Below are positions 36,896-45,444 of a stretch of 64,000 nucleotides of DNA, one piece after another. The position numbers and the translations under genes are program-made. Under the pieces are notes generated by a model. That model saw only the letters and a program-made list of their open reading frames with translations. It was not told where the DNA came from and made no database searches. Each line of letters starts with the position of its first letter. The stretch's first letter is position 1. The DNA is from Candidatus Moraniibacteriota bacterium (GTDB lineage Bacteria > Patescibacteriota > Minisyncoccia > Moranbacterales > UBA1568). Where the stretch lies: NCBI GenBank assembly GCA_049289395.1, contig JBATLQ010000045.1:5565-69564 (forward strand), in the 5' to 3' direction.

Positions 36896-38887
36896 TTATC
36901 CTTTTGAGGTGATAGCCTCCTTCTTGAGACTTAGAATCCTATTCACAACCTTTTCGAGAGACGCACTGCTTTCCCCTGCTGCTTTTGCGCTAGTTATAAT
37001 ATCAGTAACTATATTCGGATTCTTTATTGCGTGTTTCTTCTTTGTTACTCCATACTTTTTCTGACATTCCACAAGAATCCTTTCAAATTCAACAGTGCCG
37101 ATTTCCTCACAAAGAGTGCTTTCAAGTTTGTCTTTAAAGCACGAAAATTTATCTTCAATATATGCTGGCCATTCCTCCTCAATACTACCGACCAATCTGA
37201 GCAATTTTTTATTCTCATCAGGATTCGCCTTTCCATCTGCTTTTCCACACAACTCACACGCTCCAGATGTCTCGCCTTTTCCATAATCGCCATCCCAAAC
37301 TATATATGTCGGTATTCCTAATTTTGTGAAAATTATGTACGGTCTATCTATATTCGTTTTTCCTCCACAAGGAATTATAGAAAATCCATCCCCCTCCAAT
37401 TCGTGCCCCATTGCTTTTGCGGTACCCAATATAGCCGCCCTATCATCTTCACCCTCAACAAGAATATTCGCATCAGCAAAAAATCCCTCATTCATCCAAG
37501 GCGTCATTATGGCGTGAAGCCTGGGAATCAAACTGGCTCCAGTATACTGTTGTCCGCGCTTCCCGTCAGCTTCCCAGCTAGCTAAAGCAACTTCATCTAG
37601 TGTCGTATGAATAACCTTTGTTATTTTCGGTTTCTCCACCTCGTTTACTAACTTACGAAAAAGCCTTATCTGGTCAATCCTATCGATGCCCACAAAATGA
37701 GGAGAGTGAGTACAATATATAATTTGAGTGTTATCGGCTACTCCTGGCATTTTTCCGTCTGCTAACTGTCTTAGTATTTTTGCCAAATGTCTCTGTCTAT
37801 TCGGATGCTGATAAATTTCTGGCTCCTCGATTGCCAAAATAAGCGTGGGTAAATCCGTTTCAGTTACTCCTTCATCGGTCTTTGCACTCTTAACTTGTTC
37901 CATTGCCAAATGCTGAAGTAGGGTCAAAATAAATGCTCGCTGTAGCCCGTGCCCGGTTTTTTCAACTGACGACTCAAATCCGTCTTCAATCAGCTTTATA
38001 TCAGCTTGTGGCATAGGCATAGTAATGCCGGCAAGTGGAAGCCAATTCAATCCAACTTGAGCATTTGGAACATAAATCTTCATCGTTTCAGTCATCTGTT
38101 TTTCTAGAACCTTCAATTCAGTAAGCTTTTCAGGATCCATTATTTCCTTATACTTTTCCTCGGTCTTATTTTTCAATTTAACATACTCCTCCTTTCTCAC
38201 AAGAACACTTCTTACAACCAAATCCATCAAGCGAGAAAACGTAGAGCTTTTTCCATCTTCAATATCAATACCCGCATTACGAACAGCAGGTATAAAGAGA
38301 AACTGCGAAAACTTTCCCAGATAACCCTTCGCCACGCTCTTAAAACCGAAAAATTGTCCGTCATCTCTCATACGAACACATTGTGTACGATTCTCATTCT
38401 CCCATTTATCCAACTCAATTACAGTTGTCTGATTCTTCCAATCCGGCAATCTCTGATATTTTTCATTTTTTTTTAATTCAACATATTTCTCTTTCTTGTC
38501 TCTCGCTGAAGAAGCATTCCTCACTGAAGCGAAATCTGGATTCTGCAAACTTGCACCGTGATACTTAAAACTCGGTTTACCATCAGTCCAATCAATTACA
38601 AGCTCAATAGTTAATTTGTCGTCCTGTAAATAAGAACCAAAAAGACGTTTTGCTTCTTCTGAAAGCTTTTTATATGTAACGGCTACGACTATAGGCGATG
38701 ATGTATCCTTATTATAATAATCATCCTGTTTAATGCTTTGAGAAAAAGCATAAAATATCTCAAGCGCCTTCAGGAAAGTCGACTTTCCTGTCCCATTTGC
38801 CCCAACCAATGCCGTCAGATCCTCCAAATAAACTTCTTCATCCAATAGCGATCTATAATTTTTAATTAAAACAGATTCAATCAACAT
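36896..38887 (-). CDS. OLD-family ATP-dependent nuclease (ABC-type ATPase + C-terminal Toprim)
   Basis: 663 aa; Walker A LVGANGTGKST, Walker B LILAIEEPEIYQHP, H-loop IIYCTHSPHF; C-terminal Toprim motifs ILVEGEDD and IVWDGDYGKGE. Confidence 0.7.
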   Translation of the reverse strand: MLIESVLIKNYRSLLDEEVYLEDLTALVGANGTGKSTFLKALEIFYAFSQSIKQDDYYNKDTSSPIVVAVTYKKLSEEAKRLFGSYLQDDKLTIELVIDWTDGKPSFKYHGASLQNPDFASVRNASSARDKKEKYVELKKNEKYQRLPDWKNQTTVIELDKWENENRTQCVRMRDDGQFFGFKSVAKGYLGKFSQFLFIPAVRNAGIDIEDGKSSTFSRLMDLVVRSVLVRKEEYVKLKNKTEEKYKEIMDPEKLTELKVLEKQMTETMKIYVPNAQVGLNWLPLAGITMPMPQADIKLIEDGFESSVEKTGHGLQRAFILTLLQHLAMEQVKSAKTDEGVTETDLPTLILAIEEPEIYQHPNRQRHLAKILRQLADGKMPGVADNTQIIYCTHSPHFVGIDRIDQIRLFRKLVNEVEKPKITKVIHTTLDEVALASWEADGKRGQQYTGASLIPRLHAIMTPWMNEGFFADANILVEGEDDRAAILGTAKAMGHELEGDGFSIIPCGGKTNIDRPYIIFTKLGIPTYIVWDGDYGKGETSGACELCGKADGKANPDENKKLLRLVGSIEEEWPAYIEDKFSCFKDKLESTLCEEIGTVEFERILVECQKKYGVTKKKHAIKNPNIVTDIITSAKAAGESSASLEKVVNRILSLKKEAITSKG

Positions 38888-38946
38888 ACATGAAAAATCA
38901 AAAAGGGATAAGTCTATTTGCTATATAAATTAAATCAATTAGTTTT

Positions 38947-39168
38947 TTAAAATTTGGATTGGTATCTTGGTTTATATTTGTTAATATAAGCATTCAAACC
39001 ATTATGCTCGCACGCTAATCTTTTCATATTTTCAATATGATTCGATCCTGCACTCATGTATGTATAGATATAAACTGATCCATCATGAAATTGGACTTTG
39101 ATATAGTCATTACCAATTTCAAAAGCATCTACATTTGAATCACCATCTCTATCATTATATGGTTGCAT
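38947..39168 (-). CDS. KTSC-domain small protein
   Basis: 73 aa; IKVQFHDGSVYIYTYMSAG matches KTSC pattern. Confidence 0.4.
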   Translation of the reverse strand: MQPYNDRDGDSNVDAFEIGNDYIKVQFHDGSVYIYTYMSAGSNHIENMKRLACEHNGLNAYINKYKPRYQSKF

Positions 39169-39182
39169 ATAATTTCTATTTA

Positions 39183-39911
39183 TTACGAAATGAATTTAGT
39201 GGTCGCTTCAACAAGCTTAACAAAGCATTGTTTTATATCAGTCCAATCATTACTATTTATCTCCACTTTGTCGCCATCATTATAATTTTTAATATTAGCA
39301 CTAAATACCCTTGTCGCACTTACAAATTTCTTATCTATAATACCTCCTTTATGCACCAACACATGCCTAAGTTCCAAATAAAAACATATCTTTTTCTCAA
39401 TCTCATCTTCCAAGGAAATATTTTTTGATAAATATTTTTCAAAATTTCTTTTTATTGCCTGAAAATCCTGAAAATTAGGCTTTACTTTTTCAAGAACAAG
39501 CCTGCCAAATCCACCCCGATAGGTAAGTTTATTTTTAACTAGTTCAGCCAAAGTAATTTTTATCCCTTCTAACTCTTTATTTTCCAGATTGATTCCATTG
39601 AAACCATTCAAAGCATTTTCAAAATACTTCTTCAGAGTCGCCTCTAAACTTGAAACTGCAAGGATACACATTTGCGAGTATATAACTTTAAAATTGTTTT
39701 CAATTGATCTATTGTTAATATTTTCCAGTCCGCTCTTCGCATTATCCAAAGCTATTTTCACAGTTGTTTGTATTCCAGAAGTATTAATCGCTACAGTCAA
39801 GGCTTGAACTGCCATATCTTTAATCAAACTTGGTGTCCGTTCAAGTTTATCGATATCAGCAAGTTCTTTTTTAAAATTCTTGAGGTAATCAGTCGTTGGC
39901 AATCTTGACAT
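39183..39911 (-). CDS. hypothetical protein with HEPN-like R-x4-H motif
   Basis: 242 aa, mostly helical; ELRHVLVHKGG fits HEPN Rx4-6H signature; first gene of operon. Confidence 0.35.
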   Translation of the reverse strand: MSRLPTTDYLKNFKKELADIDKLERTPSLIKDMAVQALTVAINTSGIQTTVKIALDNAKSGLENINNRSIENNFKVIYSQMCILAVSSLEATLKKYFENALNGFNGINLENKELEGIKITLAELVKNKLTYRGGFGRLVLEKVKPNFQDFQAIKRNFEKYLSKNISLEDEIEKKICFYLELRHVLVHKGGIIDKKFVSATRVFSANIKNYNDGDKVEINSNDWTDIKQCFVKLVEATTKFIS

Positions 39912-39963
39912 ATTTTTTTATACAAACATCCATTATAAAAATCCTTTTTAAACTCCTTTCTTA

Positions 39964-39994
39964 TGAAAACAAACACCCCGGAAGTCCGGGGTGA
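39964..39994 (-). terminator. intrinsic terminator (minus strand) separating DpnI-like operon from OLD operon
   Basis: perfect 9-bp stem CACCCCGGA-AGT-TCCGGGGTG; on minus strand followed by UUUGUUUUC. Confidence 0.5.
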
Positions 39995-40140
39995 TGGAAT
40001 AATCTTGCGAATATGGCTCTTTCCTTTCTTCTTTTTCTATTTAGGATGGGTTTTATTTTTTGTTAGTCCTAGCATACCACAACATGTGAAAAAATACAAG
40101 TGTCAAATCTTTTGAAAAATAAACAAATTTTCATACATAA

Positions 40141-40356
40141 TTATGAACCTGTCCAATCCTCTCTGCACTGTGCGCACCGTTCATTGCCAGTATGATCAAA
40201 ACAGTCAGTAAATTTGTTCGGCTCATATCTTTGCTCATCTTCATTCCAAAAAAACTCGTCATCAATGAGTGTCTCGACAAGCTTTCTTTCTGCTCCGCAA
40301 TGCTGGCAAGCATGCCTAGGAAAATTTTTTGTTTGTACATCCATATTCCCGATCAT
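40141..40356 (-). CDS. small zinc-ribbon protein (71 aa)
   Basis: CQHCG...CAQC Cys pairs; 15 nt downstream of DpnI-like gene. Confidence 0.35.
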   Translation of the reverse strand: MIGNMDVQTKNFPRHACQHCGAERKLVETLIDDEFFWNEDEQRYEPNKFTDCFDHTGNERCAQCREDWTGS

Positions 40357-40371
40357 TGATCGAAAACAAAT

Positions 40372-41139
40372 CTATGTCAAACGATACTGTCCATAACCAA
40401 CAAACTCCAGATAACCCTTATTCCTCAAAATCTGTAACTGTTGCCTTATTTTAGGTCTTATATTTTTGTTTTCAGGATGAATTATAGATAAATCGTACTC
40501 GAAAGCATACATATCCTGTAGGGTAAATTTCTTTTGATTGAGTGAATCAATACAATTCATAATATCCAAGATCCACCCTTTGCTATCCGATTTTTTAATT
40601 TTTTTCAAAAATAATGTCTTCTGCCATTTTTCCAGTACGCTCTTTTTATCCGTCTCTTTCCCATTTTCTACATAGAATATTTGTCCAGCCTTTGGAATCT
40701 TTGAGAATAAAATATTCGAGCCAATCCAGCCAGCGCGTCTGGCATTTTCTCTGAGTGGTTTCCTTTTTTCAATAATCTCGGAGATAAAAAAATGTTTCGG
40801 TATAACAAAAAAATCATACACCTTTGAGGCTTCAGCTATATACCCCATAAAAAAGAAATTTGGTTTTTCTGATGAATTGATTCTTTTGATCATTTGAGAA
40901 TAGGCTCCGGCGGAAACCTTTTTACCAATTTTCCCATTTTTAGATTTTAACTCAAAGTCTTCAACACATGTTTTACAATAAAAATCAGCAACTGGTTTAT
41001 TATTACCATAATTGTAAATACCATTGCCACAATTCGGACAATAAATCTCATGAAGCACCCATGCCTCACTTAAAACACGAGCTTTTTGAGAAACACTCCT
41101 ATACTGAATCGCTAATTTCGTATCAAAAAATAAATTCAT
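40372..41139 (-). CDS. DpnI-like (Dam-replacing family) methyl-directed restriction endonuclease
   Basis: 255 aa; SQKARVLSEAWVLHEIYCPNCGN, ADFYCKTCVEDFELKSK (PD-ExK-like with Zn ribbon), NFFFMGY, RRAGWIGSNI and C-terminal winged-helix-like IRQQLQILRNKGYLEF, as remembered for DpnI. Confidence 0.55.
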   Translation of the reverse strand: MNLFFDTKLAIQYRSVSQKARVLSEAWVLHEIYCPNCGNGIYNYGNNKPVADFYCKTCVEDFELKSKNGKIGKKVSAGAYSQMIKRINSSEKPNFFFMGYIAEASKVYDFFVIPKHFFISEIIEKRKPLRENARRAGWIGSNILFSKIPKAGQIFYVENGKETDKKSVLEKWQKTLFLKKIKKSDSKGWILDIMNCIDSLNQKKFTLQDMYAFEYDLSIIHPENKNIRPKIRQQLQILRNKGYLEFVGYGQYRLT

Positions 41140-41235
41140 AATTGATGATCAATAATCTCCACTGAAAACTCATTTCATAAATGAAATGGTGTCACTATGA
41201 CAAACAATCCTATTTGTCCAAGAACCAATCCATAA

Positions 41236-41694
41236 TCAGAGATTAATTTGATACTGCAGTCGCCTTGTCTTAATCCGCTGATTTAATTCTTCAGATGTCA
41301 ACATTGCGTACCCCTTGCTTTCCGGGTGAAGGCTGACGAAACAAAAACGGTACTGCTTACCCAGTTTATCTGCTAATCGAAACTCATTTTCTGTTGCGCC
41401 AAAGAAAAATCCATCAGGATTATTAACGAGTTTTTTCTGAGTTGTTTTAAGTTCAATCAATACAATCTGCTCAAATGGAACATCCATAATACTCATACCA
41501 CTTACCATTGGAAGAAGAACGAGATCAAATGCACGAGAAAATGTCATTGGCAAATCAAGGCGCCTCAAAATCTCCTTTCGTTCTTCTTTGCTTGGCTTCT
41601 TAAAGCGAGCATCTGATTCAAGTAAAAAATCAACCGCTGATGTCTCGGTTATATTATTCTTAATTGTTGCGCCATATGAATGTTGGTGTGCCAC
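41236..41694 (-). CDS. PD-(D/E)XK-like nuclease superfamily protein (152 aa)
   Basis: AFDLVLLP ... IVLIELKTT matches D...ExK core. Confidence 0.35.
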   Translation of the reverse strand: MAHQHSYGATIKNNITETSAVDFLLESDARFKKPSKEERKEILRRLDLPMTFSRAFDLVLLPMVSGMSIMDVPFEQIVLIELKTTQKKLVNNPDGFFFGATENEFRLADKLGKQYRFCFVSLHPESKGYAMLTSEELNQRIKTRRLQYQINL

Positions 41695-41937
41695 GATCTG
41701 ATTAGATCATACAAAAGCACCCAGATCAAGATCGCCACCAGAAAACTATTCCCCATAATAAAAATTCCCCCATTCTCCCACCCCAGTCGGAATAGCACAA
41801 GTTCCGACGGGAGAAACAAAAAAATCCCTTCTCGGTGGGAATTTCATCCTATTTTCTCTCCCCAGTGACCTTACATGTGGTGTGCCCCAGTTACATTCCG
41901 AATGATGTAACGGGGCAGGCGGGGTAAACCACCCTAT

Positions 41938-42474
41938 TTATTCAGCAACAAATCGAATCGAGATCTTTTTGTCCATATACTGTCGAAGGTGTCCGATGAG
42001 AGTCGCAGCGACCTCATTCATTTCCATACTTTCAACTTCTTTCAATATGGTAATTTCAGCCAAATCTTCGCTCGTCTCATCGTTGATAATCGTAATCACA
42101 CCAGGCCTCTTCCCTATGACGATAGATTTCAATACTCCTTTCTCTTTTTTGGTTATCTTCAATTCATCAACCATCATGCTGTATGTTTCTGCTGCTGTTT
42201 CATAATCCTTTTTCGACTCAACCAGCCCTGCTATCCTATTGACGGCTAAGCCATTCTTCATATGCTCACCCATTATTTTCGATAGTGAAAAAACCTCCTC
42301 ACGGGGAGCCTGCTTCAATTCCAATTCTTCGAGAGAAAGCCCCATCGCCAGCTGATATGAAACGAAAAGTTCCTCGCTACTGATATTGTTGCTTTTCGAA
42401 AAAGATATTATCTCTTCCAACTGCTTCTCTTGCGGATCATCTCCCGTCTTCGGAAACTCCATTGGATTTTTCAT
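41938..42474 (-). CDS. hypothetical protein (178 aa)
   Basis: ORF with coding-like composition, acidic; no family recognised. Confidence 0.4.
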   Translation of the reverse strand: MKNPMEFPKTGDDPQEKQLEEIISFSKSNNISSEELFVSYQLAMGLSLEELELKQAPREEVFSLSKIMGEHMKNGLAVNRIAGLVESKKDYETAAETYSMMVDELKITKKEKGVLKSIVIGKRPGVITIINDETSEDLAEITILKEVESMEMNEVAATLIGHLRQYMDKKISIRFVAE

Positions 42475-42697
42475 ACTATATTTGTTATTTCTTCCAATCC
42501 CGAATTACTACCCCACCGCGGACGCGGGTGACCACTACTTTTTGCTTCTCTCTCCATCCAAGCTCGCGGACGAGCTCAATCGGGAGCGTCAGCCCAATAG
42601 ACTTTCCACCGAGTTTGGTAAGTTTCCGAACGCTTTTATCCGTTGCTTGTTTTGGCATAATATTTTCTTTAGTTTATCGCCTCATTTTCAGTCCCCC

Positions 42698-42726
42698 TTG
42701 TCAATTTTGTCAATATTTGGTATATT
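42698..42726 (+). promoter_or_regulatory. sigma70-like promoter TTGTCA-17-TATATT
   Basis: TTGTCA 42698-42703, spacer attttgtcaatatttgg, TATATT 42721-42726. Confidence 0.5.
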
Positions 42727-42732
42727 CTAGTT

Positions 42733-42790
42733 GGTCGCGAGGAAACCCGCGCCCATCAAAATGGAGTCTCCTTGGGAGGCTCTTTTTTGA
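42733..42790 (+). ncRNA. candidate ~55-nt small RNA (promoter-to-terminator unit), antisense to 3' end of DUF3800 gene
   Basis: promoter above; terminator hairpin GAGUCUCC-UUG-GGAGGCUC (one G.U) then UUUUUU at 42765-42790; a GCGAGG/CCCGCG 5' hairpin. Confidence 0.3.
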
Positions 42791-43565
42791 TATTCTCCTT
42801 GATATTCTCCAAAGTTAATGGAAAAACTTTCAATCCAATTCCTAAGCAATCCCCTTTTACCTTCAAGAGCTTTGGATAAGTGATATCACTATAGCGCCAA
42901 TATTCTTCTGGCTTTTTCCCATACTCAAAAATATGATACACGGGATAGCAATAGAGATCAGCTATTTGTATTCCGACAGTATCCTCGGAAGTCGAATACA
43001 GAAGCTTTTCAACGATATTCGGACACTTTTTCCATATATCCCCATCCCTCCATCGCATCATATGATGAATATCCTTAAGAGAATCACCGATAAATGATTT
43101 TTCAACTGTTCCGACACGAGGATCAATCACACAGAGACCGAGCGAATTCCGCTCTTTCAAAAATCGCTGAAATCTTTCGAGGAGATAGAGGTATGCTATC
43201 TCATATGGATTCTGTGATGGGTATTGTTTCCAATAAGCATCCTTATTAATCACTATGGCTATCAATGTGATTGGCAGGGAAACCAAGTATGCCTTTATAT
43301 CAGCCTCAAGTTGATTATACATTTCTCGATCATGCAGTTTGAGCGGCGATTCCTGTTCCAAGTCGGGATTCGCATACCGAAGGAAGTTTGATTTGATTTC
43401 AAGATCTTCATTCTGAAAATATTTCTTTTTGATTACACGGAGATCTTCTTCAACTTTCACGCGGTCCGAATCATTGATGATGCATCCAGTCAAAACCAAA
43501 AACTGCTTTCCTTTTTGAGAAAGCGGTATAGTATCACCCGATTCATCTATATACATGAGATACAT
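42756..43565 (-). CDS. DUF3800-family protein
   Basis: 269 aa; N-terminal MYLMYIDESGD hallmark of DUF3800. Confidence 0.6.
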   Translation of the reverse strand: MYLMYIDESGDTIPLSQKGKQFLVLTGCIINDSDRVKVEEDLRVIKKKYFQNEDLEIKSNFLRYANPDLEQESPLKLHDREMYNQLEADIKAYLVSLPITLIAIVINKDAYWKQYPSQNPYEIAYLYLLERFQRFLKERNSLGLCVIDPRVGTVEKSFIGDSLKDIHHMMRWRDGDIWKKCPNIVEKLLYSTSEDTVGIQIADLYCYPVYHIFEYGKKPEEYWRYSDITYPKLLKVKGDCLGIGLKVFPLTLENIKENIKKEPPKETPF

Positions 43566-43723
43566 GGATTTCTACGATATGCGTCTACCAATATAATTAC
43601 ATACCTCGTTACATATATCCTATCACCTCCCCATTCCCACGGCAATTTACGCCGAGTCCCTTTATGAAGGGAATTTCATCGCTCTTGAAAGCAAAAATCC
43701 GCCACTCGGGCGGATATTTTCCA

Positions 43724-44020
43724 CTAATCCATGCTCACCTTGATCTCGCGTATCGCTTCGAGGCCGAGCATGGAATTCGTTTTTTCGGCGATATTCTTTC
43801 TATTGAGCCAGATTTCACTCGCCCAGAGGGAACTCCGGAAGCCGACGAAGAGCTTTTTCTCCTTATAGAACCTCGGTTCTATATTTTCCTCACCCCTCGT
43901 CCCATATTCCGCGTGGATCACCTTATTGAAAACCGAGAAAATCGTCTTTTCATCGATTTCTTTCAGCTCTTTCGGTGCTTGAAAGTTCTTTTTTTCGAGA
44001 TATTGTCTGAGATCAAGCAT
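43724..44020 (-). CDS. DUF721/DciA-like small protein
   Basis: 98 aa; RSSLWASEIWLNRKNIAEKTNSMLGLEAIREIKV resembles DUF721; immediately downstream of dnaN. Confidence 0.5.
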   Translation of the reverse strand: MLDLRQYLEKKNFQAPKELKEIDEKTIFSVFNKVIHAEYGTRGEENIEPRFYKEKKLFVGFRSSLWASEIWLNRKNIAEKTNSMLGLEAIREIKVSMD

Positions 44021-44033
44021 ACAAGTGGCTCCA

Positions 44034-45185
44034 TTATTTCCGAATAGGCATCGCTATATAGAGGAAATGCTGTTTTTTCTCACCATCCACATCGTTCATA
44101 CGGAAAGCGACCGGCGTATGGGGAGTATTACACTGGAGCGTCACCTTCTCACCCTGGAGGATATTGAGCCCGTCGAGGATATATTTCGGATTAAACGAGA
44201 TCGCCATATCCGTATCACCCTGTATATCCGCCGAAAGAGTGACTTTATTCTCTCCAATCTCCTGAGAGAGCGATGCGACCACTACTTTCCCCTCCTGTGG
44301 AAGAAGAGTAAAAATAATTTCTCCTGCTGATTGGGAAGAAAAGACACTTCCCACCCGAACCGCCCGCAAGAGCTCCTCTCGGTCGAATACCACTTGGGAG
44401 GAAAACTTCTGTGGAATAATCTGCTTATAATCAGGATATTTCCCATTGATGAGTCGGGATATGATCTGTATTTCATCTACCTGGAAGAATATCTGATTCT
44501 CATGTAAGGCTATTTTCACCCACTCGCTCTCGGGAGTGATGCTCCGCTGAAGCTCCTGGAGAGTCGCCGCGGGGATGATGAGTGATGGGTGACTCTCGAT
44601 AAATGTGTGGTATTTTTCATTTTCACCCATATTTTCCAGAGGAAATATCTCCTCGCCGAGGCGAAAGCTATCCGTCGCCGCAAAATGAATTTCTTTCTCA
44701 AAGAAGAATGCATGTACTCCTGTGAGTTCGAGGCGACTATCCGTCAGTGAAACACATGGGAGAAGCCTTGAAAAGGCATTTTTCAGGGATTGTGCTGGGA
44801 GATTGAAGAAATATTCTCCATCATACTGTGGGATGAGAGGGAAGTCCTTCGCATCAAGCCCTTTTATTTTCATCTCATACCCACCACTCACGATTTTCAG
44901 GAAACTTCCCGTGGTCTCGAAAGAGAGGACATCCTGAAGAGGGAGATTGTGGATAAAATTCGAAAGGAGTTTGGCGGGAATCGTAATCCGACCCTCTTCC
45001 TCAATTTTCCCACCGACATAGGCGATAACACCGATTTCGAGGTTGGTTGCAGAGAGTTTGAGCCGCCCGCCTTTTGTTTCCAAAAGAAAGTTTCCGAGAA
45101 TCGGCAGAGTTGATTGCCTCCCGACGACTCGTTCGAGGATATTGATCGCATGAATGATATTTTCTTGGGTACAGAGGAGTTTCAT
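44034..45185 (-). CDS. dnaN: DNA polymerase III beta sliding clamp
   Basis: 383 aa; MKLLCTQENIIHAINILERVVGRQSTLPILGNFLLE N-terminus typical of DnaN; three-domain length. Confidence 0.9.
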   Translation of the reverse strand: MKLLCTQENIIHAINILERVVGRQSTLPILGNFLLETKGGRLKLSATNLEIGVIAYVGGKIEEEGRITIPAKLLSNFIHNLPLQDVLSFETTGSFLKIVSGGYEMKIKGLDAKDFPLIPQYDGEYFFNLPAQSLKNAFSRLLPCVSLTDSRLELTGVHAFFFEKEIHFAATDSFRLGEEIFPLENMGENEKYHTFIESHPSLIIPAATLQELQRSITPESEWVKIALHENQIFFQVDEIQIISRLINGKYPDYKQIIPQKFSSQVVFDREELLRAVRVGSVFSSQSAGEIIFTLLPQEGKVVVASLSQEIGENKVTLSADIQGDTDMAISFNPKYILDGLNILQGEKVTLQCNTPHTPVAFRMNDVDGEKKQHFLYIAMPIRK

Positions 45186-45444
45186 AGGAGTATCTTTAAG
45201 AGTAAGGTTTCTTCTTTAATTATTTAAAAAAATTATTTATTACTATTAGGGGTGTGAATTGGTGGATAAGTGGATTATATGGCTTATGATAAGGATGAAA
45301 AAAGATGGGAGTAGGGAGGGTATTGGTGTGTAGGGGATGTGGGTTAGGTGTGATGGATGGGAATAGGTATGGGAATGATTTTTTTATACACGATACAAGG
45401 GGAGTTTAGGAGGGGTTATTCAGGGTTATACACATATTATACCG
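45186..45444. other. candidate oriC (dnaA-dnaN intergenic): AT-rich unwinding element plus DnaA-box-like motifs
   Basis: AT-rich ttaattatttaaaaaaattatttattactatt (45207-45243); GGTGGATAAG and GTGGATTAT close to TGTGGATAA; G/T-rich degenerate repeats; gene-orientation switch around this locus. Confidence 0.5.
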
